Shown here: positions 1-8,491 of the stretch, piece by piece
Layout of the letters: each line of letters opens with the position of its first letter
How positions within the stretch are numbered: the first letter of the stretch is position 1
From: an uncultured Acidobacteriaceae bacterium
Lineage (GTDB): Bacteria > Acidobacteriota > Terriglobia > Terriglobales > Acidobacteriaceae
Direction of reading: 5' to 3'
NCBI GenBank assembly: GCA_963708755.1
Contig: CAVPTN010000012.1
Span: 171,596-235,595 of the forward strand
DNA: 64,000 nucleotides
The notes under the pieces: generated by a model
The model's database searches: none
Seen by the model: only the letters and a program-made list of their open reading frames with translations
What the model was told of the DNA's origin: nothing
Program-made: the position numbers and the translations under genes

Positions 1-233
1 ACGAACCATGGCGAGGCACCATCGTCATCCTCGTCAAACCCCAGTTCGAAGCCGGTCGCGCCAACATCGGCAAAGGCGGAATCGTTCGCGATCCCGACGC
101 CCGTCAAGCCGCCGTCGACCGCGTTCGCGAGTGTGTCCTCGAGCAACACGGCACAGAGCTGGATCTGATCGACTCTCCCATCCTCGGCATGGAGGGCAAC
201 CACGAGTACCTCCTCCACGCCCGCTTCCTCTAG
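1..233 (+). CDS. tlyA: TlyA family rRNA 2'-O-methyltransferase/hemolysin, C-terminal part (5' truncated by window)
   Basis: Frame 3 reads ...ILVKPQFEAGRANIGKGGIVRD...SPILGMEGNHEYLLHARFL*, the conserved TlyA C-terminus. It is not in the ORF track because it has no start in the window. Confidence 0.88.
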   Translation, partial: EPWRGTIVILVKPQFEAGRANIGKGGIVRDPDARQAAVDRVRECVLEQHGTELDLIDSPILGMEGNHEYLLHARFL

Positions 234-251
234 AGCCGACACCCCACGCCG

Positions 252-2480
252 TTAGTGCTTCCCAAGCAACCCACCCAACGCATTCCCCAGGTCGGTAGGA
301 TTCTTTCCACTCTTCTGCCCCGTCTTCCCATTCAAATAACCCTGCGCCGCACTCGCGCCCACACTGGTAGCGAGGCTCGCAACATTCGGGGTGAACGTAG
401 GATTGCTCGTCGTCCCGCCAATTGCCACTGGTATCCCATTCTTAAGCGCGCTGCCCGCAATCCCTCCAATAGCTCCTGCAGAAGATCCACCTGGAATAAA
501 TCCGCTTAAAGCCCCAACGAGTGCAGCGTTGCCACCCGCGTTTGCCGCGGGAGCACTACCACCGCCACCCGCCGTCAGCCCCGTTAGCTTCAAAACCATG
601 TTGTAGTTCAGCGCTCCTCCCGAGCTCACCGCACCAGCTCCCGTCGCAGTCCCCACCCCAGCCACATCCAGAGCGATATTATCCGTCCGTATCCCTCCGC
701 CCTCCTCGCGAATGTTCATACTCAGCGAGCGGATGTTCGTCCCCGGCCCAGTCGCAGAACCAATCTTCCCTCCCGTAACCGACGACAGGGCCGACAACTT
801 CGAACCCAGGTCGAAGCCCGCAAGCTGCGTATTGTTCACCTTCACCGGTCCGCTGATCACCGGGGCCGCCGTCGTTCCCGTCACCGCCAGCGACGTCGTC
901 ACCGTCCCTCCCTGCAGTCGCGAGCCCTGCGGCAGATGCACTCCCACTGCCGGCAGAAACGCCTCAAGCTCATTGATCGACATCGCGTTCCCAACGACCT
1001 TCATATTGATCGCCGTCGAAGCCCCACTCCCCTGGTACGTCCCCGACACATTGATCACCGCGCTGCCAATCGTAATCACCGCCTGCTGCACTTCGCCCGA
1101 CATCGCCTGCTCATTCTGAGCCACCGTAAACTGCAACTGCACCGGCTTCGCCGACGGCACGCCATCCTTCGCCAGCTTGATGTTCGCAACTGTCGCCGTT
1201 CCCGCAGCATTCAACGTCTGCCCGTTCGACGTAATCTTCGCCTGCAGATCGGTCATCCCACTGATCCCCGCATCCGGAGGCAGCACGCCCGCCGTCCCAA
1301 GCTCAAAGTGCTTCAGCGTGACGTTCGCATTCAACGGCGTCCCTGCATTATTCGATTGGTTGAACGGCCCAGCGGTCCCGGTTGCACTCAAGCTCCCACC
1401 ATTCGGCAGCACCGCGCTCGCGCTGAAGGGCGAAAAGCTCTTCGGCGTCACGTTCGTCACCTTCGCATTCACCTGCTGATACACCGACCCCGGCCCAGTC
1501 TGTCCAGCCGTCATCAGCGTAATCGCTCCATTCTTTATCTCAGCTTCGTCCACCGAGAGGTTCTCCAGCATCGTCGCCCACTCTGCGCTTGCATTCGCAG
1601 GCTTCGGCGCCTTCGGAACATTCGTCTTCACCACCGTCAGCTTCGGTCCATCCACCGCCAGCTTGCTCACATGCAACTGAGTCCCATTCCACGACGCATC
1701 CAGGATCACGCTATCCACTGTGCCCGAAATACCATCCGCCTTATCCATCAGTCCCATCGCCAGCGGGTCAAGATGCTTCACATCCAGATGTCCCGAAAAA
1801 GGCGTTGCCGAAGCGTCCTGCTGATTCAGCGGCCCCGCTGTACCATTCACGATCACTGTCCCGCCCGCTGGAAGTTTGGCAGAGGCGGTAAACGGAAACG
1901 ACTTTATAAAAGCAAAGTCCTTCACCTTCAAATTGACGTCTTCATAGACGTGATTCACAGTCGTCGTGGACCCCGGACCGTTCCCCACCGAAATCCGGCC
2001 ATTTTCAATATTCACCTCACCCACCGTCAGGTTCGGAAAAGCCGACTTCGTCTCTGCACTTTGATTGGCCGGTTGATTTGTCGACCCGATCTTCGAGTAA
2101 TTCCATGTTCCATTGCCCGCACGTAGCAGCTGAATCTTAGGGGCTTGCATCGAGAACCCGTGGATCTCCAGCTCTTTGCTGAATATCAGTGGAAGTAACG
2201 CCACGTTAATCTTGATGCTGTCTGCCTGGATGAACGGTTGCGCGCTGAACGCAGGGTCATCTGCAACCGTAGTATTCTCCGCCACCAGCCCACCCGACAG
2301 CACCGACAGGCTAAGCTTCCCGATCGATACCTTTCGCCCGAGCGACTGTGTCAGCGTCTTCTCGATCTTTGCTTTGAAACTATCGGTGTTGAGAAACAGT
2401 GGCACCACTACCGCCACAAGCACAAGGAGCGCCACCACAGCGCCAACTCCAATCAGTACCAACCGGGCAGGCTTAACCAT
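252..2480 (-). CDS. AsmA family envelope (bridge-like lipid transfer) protein
   Basis: 742 aa. N-terminal TM anchor followed by LGRKVSIGKLSL...P.I.L.R...G.WN, the AsmA N-domain; beta-rich body; C-terminal V.IGGT.SNP motif. Confidence 0.8.
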   Translation of the reverse strand: MVKPARLVLIGVGAVVALLVLVAVVVPLFLNTDSFKAKIEKTLTQSLGRKVSIGKLSLSVLSGGLVAENTTVADDPAFSAQPFIQADSIKINVALLPLIFSKELEIHGFSMQAPKIQLLRAGNGTWNYSKIGSTNQPANQSAETKSAFPNLTVGEVNIENGRISVGNGPGSTTTVNHVYEDVNLKVKDFAFIKSFPFTASAKLPAGGTVIVNGTAGPLNQQDASATPFSGHLDVKHLDPLAMGLMDKADGISGTVDSVILDASWNGTQLHVSKLAVDGPKLTVVKTNVPKAPKPANASAEWATMLENLSVDEAEIKNGAITLMTAGQTGPGSVYQQVNAKVTNVTPKSFSPFSASAVLPNGGSLSATGTAGPFNQSNNAGTPLNANVTLKHFELGTAGVLPPDAGISGMTDLQAKITSNGQTLNAAGTATVANIKLAKDGVPSAKPVQLQFTVAQNEQAMSGEVQQAVITIGSAVINVSGTYQGSGASTAINMKVVGNAMSINELEAFLPAVGVHLPQGSRLQGGTVTTSLAVTGTTAAPVISGPVKVNNTQLAGFDLGSKLSALSSVTGGKIGSATGPGTNIRSLSMNIREEGGGIRTDNIALDVAGVGTATGAGAVSSGGALNYNMVLKLTGLTAGGGGSAPAANAGGNAALVGALSGFIPGGSSAGAIGGIAGSALKNGIPVAIGGTTSNPTFTPNVASLATSVGASAAQGYLNGKTGQKSGKNPTDLGNALGGLLGKH

Positions 2481-2674
2481 CTCTCACCTCGTCTCAATCG
2501 CGTCTAGTTGTGATGCCGCAGTATAAAACGATGTTGCACGCCCACGCACAACTGGCCATAGACGTAGAGTTTCAGTTTCATCAAATAAGCCCCGGTCTAT
2601 ACGCCGACTGGTACTTCTACTAGTGGGCTGTCAGTACAGGTTCGGCTAAGGTCAGGAGAGAGGGACACCTTTGC

Positions 2675-3576
2675 ATGATGAAGCAATGCCAACGCAACCT
2701 GCTTTGGGCTAGTCTCCTTCTGTCTTCCTCTGCTTTAATCGCACAGAACGCGCCGGGTTCCAGCCCCAAGGCTCAAACAACGGCCTCCGCCCCCACAGCC
2801 GCAGACGACGCAGACGCCTTAGCCAAAGCCACACAAAACCCCGTCGCCAGCCTCATCAGCGTCCCCATCCAGAACAACTCCAACTTCGCCGTCGGACCCT
2901 ACAACCGAACCCAGGACATCCTCAACATCCAGCCCGTCATCCCCGCTCGCATCAGCGAAAACTGGATGCTCATCTCACGAATCATCCAGCCGATCGTCTG
3001 GCAACCCTACAGCAAACAGGTCACCGGTGGCGAGTACGGCATCGGCGACATGAGCCCGACCTTCTTTCTCTCTCCGGCCAAGCCCGGAAAGATCATCTGG
3101 GGCGTCGGCCCAGCGATGGTCTTCCCGACAGCAACCAGCACAGTCCTCGGACAAGGGAAGTTAAGCTTGGCCCATCGGTTGTCGCTCTCGTTCAACCGGG
3201 GCACTGGACCCTCGGCTTTCTCGTCAACAACGTCTGGTCTGTCGCAGGTTCGTCTCATCGCCCTTCGGTAAACCAGATGACCCTGCAATACTTCATCACC
3301 TACAACCTGCAAAAGGGCTGGAACATAAACAGCGGCCCAATCGTCACGGCAAACTGGAACAACAAGGCCGACGGCGACGCCGCTAACGGAGATGACACCA
3401 CGCCAGGAGGCAGATGGACCGTCCCCTTTGGCGGAGGCGTCGGCCGTGTCATGCGTCTCGGCGTCCAACCGGTCAACATCTCGGCAAACTTCTACGGCAA
3501 CGCCATCCATCCCCCCGGCGCATCCTCCTGGGGCATGCGCCTCCAGATCGCCCTCCTCTTCCCAAAGAAGCCATAA
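2675..3576 (+). CDS. Outer-membrane beta-barrel/transporter-like protein ('neuromedin U'-annotated family), frameshifted near 3167
   Basis: Signal peptide; LAKATQNPVASLISVP, LNIQPVIP, WGVGP..PTAT motifs. ORFs 2675-3271 and 3277-3576 join if one C is restored (GKLSLGPSVVALVQPGHW...). Confidence 0.65.
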
Positions 3577-3593
3577 ACAGAATTCAGCATGTG

Positions 3594-3691
3594 CCGACCA
3601 GCGGGAGGACAGCAGCGGATGATCCTGCCGAGACAAGGTATAAAAGTCACGAAGTGACCGCCCTCCGCGCAGGAGGCCCGTCCGGCAGGAC
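3594..3691. repeat. Structured palindromic intergenic element (REP/MITE-like)
   Basis: Outer stem TCCTGCCG(A)GAC...GTCCGGCAGGA encloses the hairpins GTCAC-GAA-GTGAC and CCTCC-GCGCA-GGAGG. Confidence 0.55.
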
Positions 3692-3733
3692 TTTATCACT
3701 TCAATATCTCCTTGCAGTTACACTAGAGGCTCA

Positions 3734-4591
3734 ATGCTCCAGGCCGCCATCATCTCCAAGCCGCAAAAGCCGGAACTTGCCGGTATCCTGCGTGATCTCA
3801 TCACGTGGCTAGAAGCCCGCCACTACCATTACCTCCTCGATCCCGACAGTGCCGCCTACGTCCCCGGCGCACAAGGCGTCCCGCGATTCGACCTGCCAAA
3901 GCACAAGCCCAACCTCGTCATCGTCCTCGGTGGCGACGGCACCCTCCTCGCCGCGGCCCGCGCCTTCGCCCGCACCACCACCCCAATCCTCAGCGTGAAC
4001 CTCGGCTCCCTGGGCTTCCTCACCGAGATCCCCCTCGCCGAGCTCTACACCACCCTCGAAGCCTGGTGCGACAACTGCGCCGAGATTGAAGTCCGCAGCA
4101 TGATGCACGCCGAGATCATCCGCGACGGCAAAACCATTCAGGAGTGGGACGCCCTCAACGACGTTGTCGTCGCCAAGGGCACCATCGCCCGCATGGGCGA
4201 CTTCTCCGTCGAGATCGACCAGCAACTCGTCGCCACCTTTCGAGCCGACGGCATCATCGTCTCCACCCCTACCGGTTCAACCGCCTACAACCTCGCCGCC
4301 AACGGCCCCATCGTCATGCCCAGCGTCAACGCCATGCTGGTCACCCCCATCTGTCCCCACCTGCTCACCATCCGCCCCATCGTCGTTCCAGGCGACTCCA
4401 CCATCAGCGTCCAGGTCGTAGGTGTCCCCAACGAGATCTACCTCACCGTCGACGGCCAGGAGGCAGTCGAACTCAAACTCAACGACCACGTCCACCTCCA
4501 ACGCTCCGAAGCCAGCGTCCGCCTCCTCCGCCACAGCCCCAACGGCCTCTTCAGCGTCCTCCGCTCCAAACTCAAATGGGGCGAGCGCTAG
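3734..4591 (+). CDS. nadK: NAD(+) kinase
   Basis: GGDGT, NLGSLGFL, LNDVV and DGIIVSTPTGSTAYNLAANGP motifs. Confidence 0.96.
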   Translation: MLQAAIISKPQKPELAGILRDLITWLEARHYHYLLDPDSAAYVPGAQGVPRFDLPKHKPNLVIVLGGDGTLLAAARAFARTTTPILSVNLGSLGFLTEIPLAELYTTLEAWCDNCAEIEVRSMMHAEIIRDGKTIQEWDALNDVVVAKGTIARMGDFSVEIDQQLVATFRADGIIVSTPTGSTAYNLAANGPIVMPSVNAMLVTPICPHLLTIRPIVVPGDSTISVQVVGVPNEIYLTVDGQEAVELKLNDHVHLQRSEASVRLLRHSPNGLFSVLRSKLKWGER

Positions 4592-4597
4592 CAATTG

Positions 4598-4737
4598 CAT
4601 TCCATCAACCCCCAGAAGTCGTCATCCTGAGCGAAGCGGCCATTCCATCAACCCCGGAAGTCGTCATCCTGAACGAAGTGGCCGTTCCATCAACCCCGGA
4701 AGTCGTCATCCTGAGCGAAGTGAAGGATCCCTGTATT
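4598..4737. repeat. Three tandem ~42-bp units each containing the REP-like GTCATCCTGAGCGAAG
   Basis: TTCCATCAACCCCGGAAGTCGTCATCCTGA(G/A)CGAAG occurs three times; the last copy continues ...TGAAGGATCCCTGTATT. Confidence 0.85.
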
Positions 4738-4750
4738 TGCTTTGCTTTTG

Positions 4751-4985
4751 TCTCCGCCCCTTTGTCTCCGCATATTCCGTTCCCAGCAAATCTTGCCTCC
4801 GCCCCTTTGTCTTCGCCTATTCGTCCCCGCAATCTTGCCTCCGCTCCAGCTTCCAGGTAACCCAAAGCTTCAGCCTTGGGCCTCCACCTCTCCGCAATCT
4901 TGCCTCGCTCCAGCTTCTAGGTAACCCAAGGCTTCAGCCTTGGGCCTCCCAACCCTCCGCAACATCGGGGCTTTAGCCCCTGGGG
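4751..4985. repeat. Tandem repeats with REP-like hairpins CCCAAGGC-TTCA-GCCTTGGG
   Basis: Two ~45-bp TCCGCCCCTTTGTCT... units, then two ~63-bp units with hairpins at 4861-4880 and 4925-4944, then GGGGCTTTAGCCCC at 4967-4980. Confidence 0.8.
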
Positions 4986-5033
4986 TATGCCCTCTTCTCC
5001 ACTCCAAAAGATCAGTTCAGAAAAAGTGCCCGA

Positions 5034-5204
5034 CAAAAATAAACTTCAAAAAGTTGGCGTATTTTTCGCACCCGAAAAAGTGGTCGCCAAACCACCACGT
5101 TCACCACGCAAACCACCACAAATTGACCACAAAAGCACCACAACAAAACACGCATTTTCGCCAAAACCCCCAGCAAAAACACCTGTCCACCACAAAATAA
5201 AAAA
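5034..5204. repeat. Dispersed ~170-bp CACCAC-rich element, copy 1
   Basis: Aligns by eye along its whole length with the reverse complement of 41076-41246. Confidence 0.85.
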
Positions 5205-5212
5205 CCGGAAAA

Positions 5213-5977
5213 TTAACGCCGCAAAGTGACCATCGGCCCACCGACCGGGTGACAAAAAACCTTCCCATGGCTCAGCGCAATCTTCCTCTGCGCCAGCCCC
5301 GCCATCTCCGGATCATGCGTCACCATCACGATCGTATGGCCATTCCTATGCAAATCCTGCAACAACTCCGCCACAATCGTCTGATTCGCCGCATCCAGAT
5401 TTCCCGTAGGCTCATCCGCCAGCAAAATCGGCGGATTATTAATCAACGCCCGCGCAATACAAACCCTCTGCTGCTCCCCACCCGACAACTCACTCGGCAG
5501 ATGCGACACCCGCTCACCCAATCCCACCTTAACCAGCGCCGCCCGCGCCTCAGCCTCATCCGTCATCGAGTGAAAATACTGCGCCAGCATTACGTTTTCA
5601 ATCGCAGACAAATATGGAATCAGATGAAACTGCTGAAAGATAAACCCGATCTTGTCCGCGCGAAACCGATCCAGCTCCGTAGCCGTCATCGAAGCCACAT
5701 CGACGTTATCGATCTTCAACTCACCCGAAGTAGGCCTATCCAAACATCCAATCAAATTCACCAGCGTGCTTTTCCCAGAACCCGAAGGCCCCGTAATCGC
5801 AACCCACTCTCCAGCCACAATCGAAAACGTAGCATCCGCCAGCGCCCGCACCGTACTGCCGTGTCCAGCATAGTCACGCGTCACATGCCTCAGGGAGATC
5901 ACCGCGCAGTCATCGCGCGTGTTCTCGCCAAAATCAGGCAGCGGCCCGTTCTGTATCTTAGCTTCGTTCACACTCAT
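5213..5977 (-). CDS. ABC transporter ATP-binding protein (LolD/MacB-type)
   Basis: Walker [33 protein letters not shown]. Confidence 0.95.
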   Translation of the reverse strand: MSVNEAKIQNGPLPDFGENTRDDCAVISLRHVTRDYAGHGSTVRALADATFSIVAGEWVAITGPSGSGKSTLVNLIGCLDRPTSGELKIDNVDVASMTATELDRFRADKIGFIFQQFHLIPYLSAIENVMLAQYFHSMTDEAEARAALVKVGLGERVSHLPSELSGGEQQRVCIARALINNPPILLADEPTGNLDAANQTIVAELLQDLHRNGHTIVMVTHDPEMAGLAQRKIALSHGKVFCHPVGGPMVTLRR

Positions 5978-5983
5978 ATCTTC

Positions 5984-7087
5984 TCATTCCCCCTTCAGCA
6001 GTGCAGCTGGCTGAAGCCCACGCAGCACTCGTAGTGGGAGAAGTGCAGCCATCGCCGCAATCGTCACATTCAACAGCAGCACCAGCGGCAACACCGAAAG
6101 ATGCGGCAACGTCGCCGTATGAAAATTTCCTTCGCTGATAGCCCACGCCGCCGCCGACCCAACAACAAAGCCAGCAGCCACACCCGCCAGCGCCAACGCC
6201 AGCGCCTCCAGCAGAAACATCCCCATCAATTGGCTCTGCGACCCACCCAGCGCCTTCATCAACGCAAAGTCTCTCCGCCTCTCCAGCACGCTTGCCGAAA
6301 GCGTCGCCAACACACTCACCGCAACCGTCAGCGCAATCAGTAGAACCGCGCCATACATCAGCGCATGTGTTCGGTCCACGATCTTCGACTCGCCTTCAAC
6401 GAGTTGCCGCACCGGCTGCACCTGTATCTCCGGCAACTCCTGCCGCAACCGCGTCATCGTGGCTTCAACGCTCGCAGCGCCACCCGGCACCTGCAGTTCA
6501 ATCACACTCGGTCCCACGCCGGTCCAGTTTGTAAACGCAGCAAGCGGCATATAGATCCGGCTATCTTCATCGCCGCCAGTCTTGATGCGTCCTACTCCCT
6601 GCAGCGTCACCGAATGCCCAGCGTAAGTCAGTGCGACCGCATGTTCGTTCCCCACAAACTGCGCTGCACGCTGTCCAAGCAACGCGCCGTTTGCAGCCGC
6701 AGCATCAGGCCAGGCATCCACCTGCCACCATGAATCCAACCGCTTCACTGCCGCAAAATCTGTCCCCGCCACAACAACCGGAGTACCCGTATCCGTGGTC
6801 GCGACAGCATAAGCAAACTCCGCCACAAGCGCATCCGCACCGGCCGCCTGCTGAACTCGTGCCAACGCATCTGGCCGAAGCGGCGAAGATGCTGGCGCCG
6901 TGATCACAACATTAGCGCCAAAGCTACGGAACTCCTTATGGAGCTTGGCATCCAGATCGGCATACAACGTCAGCAGTGCGGTCGCCACACCAGCCGAGAC
7001 CGTCATCGCAACCAGCGCAGAAAAACTCCGCGCTCTGCGATGCACCAGCGATCGTTGCAGCATTCCAACCAGGCTCAGCGTAGGCAT
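5984..7087 (-). CDS. ABC transporter permease (FtsX/MacB-like)
   Basis: FGANVVI, ERRRDFALMKALGGS and FLLEA motifs; C-terminal PAALLKGE. Confidence 0.9.
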   Translation of the reverse strand: MPTLSLVGMLQRSLVHRRARSFSALVAMTVSAGVATALLTLYADLDAKLHKEFRSFGANVVITAPASSPLRPDALARVQQAAGADALVAEFAYAVATTDTGTPVVVAGTDFAAVKRLDSWWQVDAWPDAAAANGALLGQRAAQFVGNEHAVALTYAGHSVTLQGVGRIKTGGDEDSRIYMPLAAFTNWTGVGPSVIELQVPGGAASVEATMTRLRQELPEIQVQPVRQLVEGESKIVDRTHALMYGAVLLIALTVAVSVLATLSASVLERRRDFALMKALGGSQSQLMGMFLLEALALALAGVAAGFVVGSAAAWAISEGNFHTATLPHLSVLPLVLLLNVTIAAMAALLPLRVLRGLQPAALLKGE

Positions 7088-8491
7088 CAGGCATCCGCCC
7101 TCAGAATTGCGGATGGCTCCATACGCAAAGCCGCACGTATCGACGGCGTACTGCCCGCGATCGCCACCACAAGCGCCAGCGCGACAACAACCGGCAGCAG
7201 CACAGGAATCAACACTGCCTGCGCACTCCCTCCATCACCGGCAAAGATCCGAGCGCCCAACCACGCCGCAAGTCCAGATCCGAGAAGATAGCCAAGCGTC
7301 CCTGCAAATAAAGCCAGCAAACCGCTCTCCGCATAAAAGAGCAACGCAATGGCTCCCTTACTCGCACCGAGCGAACGCATCAACCCAATCTCTCCGCGTC
7401 GCTCCAGAATCGCCGTAGCCATCGCCGCGCTTACAGCAAACCCCGCAGCAAGAAGAGCGGCCGCACTAATCAGCCACATCAGCCCACTGATCCGGCTCAG
7501 CACATTGCCTTCACTCTGTTCCACGCGCCGCACCTGCTCCGCCTGCGCCCCAGGAATCGCCTCGCGAATCTGATAAGCAATCGAGTTCGCATAAGGCCTG
7601 CAGTACCAGATCTCCCGCTGCTTCGGGGGCAGGGAATCGGGATCAACCCGCGCAAACGCATCCTCCGGCTTTGTCCGCGCGGAAATATCAACGCGCGAGA
7701 CAGCATCTTTGGTGCCGACTACGGAACTGTGCATATTGCAGCGGGATAAGTACTAGATTGTCAGTCTCGTCTCCTGCAGAGACGATTCCGGTTACGCTGA
7801 AGATCATTGCTCAACGATGCCTTATATAGCGCTGGCGTCATGATAGTGAAGTTATCGCCTACTTTGAGACCAAGCTTCTCGGCGAATTTTGCGCCCATAA
7901 CGGCTTCCGTGGTTTCAGCAATACCCCTAGGCATTACCGGCCATGATCCTTGTAAACGCCACCATGGATGAAGTTGTGGAGCACCCATCATGCATGCTCC
8001 CGAAAGAATGATCGAACCAAAGTCCCTTCACAATAACTGGGGTGGTTGCCAATGCTTCAGGCGGAGGAAGATGTCTGTCATCCGAGACGAAGTGCTTTTT
8101 CCCCGAAGGGTCTTTCATGGGGCTGAATAGCCTCGGGTCAGCTTGTCTGGATGCATCCCCTTTCCAGTCAAGTTCCGGACTAACTCCAGTTATGTTGTTC
8201 GCCCAAAAGATCGTCTTCAGTTTTTCTAAATCAGACTCCTTCAGATAAGCCCCACCAGACGCCGGCTTCACATCGACGCCCCCCACCTTCACATCCAGTT
8301 GGTCCGCCTTCGGATACACAACGATGTTGGCTCCATACACCGCCAACTCTTTATGAATGCGATCGCCAATTGTAGTAGCGAGCGCCAGCATCGCAGTCAC
8401 CGCAGTAGTACCAAGCAGAATCGCCACGCCCGCCAGCATCTTGCGTCGCCGCTGTCTGACGAAAGCTCTCCATGAGCAGGCGAAAGAACAT
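7087..8491 (-). CDS. ABC transporter permease (FtsX/MacB-like), broken by about 4 frameshifts
   Basis: ATG at 8491 overlaps the upstream TAA (TAATG). Fragments carry YGANIVV, PWW, ERRGEIGLMRSLGA and PSAILR. Shifts fall near 8462, 7985, 7800 and 7720. Confidence 0.8.

Noticed and set aside
936-2126. 396-aa Arg/His-rich + strand ORF, and similar long antisense ORFs elsewhere (5249-6034, 45796-46539, 48580-49185)
   Set aside because: These are shadow ORFs opposite well-supported genes, as expected in high-GC DNA.
4598-4737. Possible CRISPR array
   Set aside because: The units are head-to-tail duplicates with no unique spacers, and there are no cas genes.
4144-5255. ORFs spanning the repeat region (e.g. 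PEVVILSE repeats, His/Lys-rich 4940-5200)
   Set aside because: These are translations of non-coding repeats that overlap nadK out of frame and lack credible starts.
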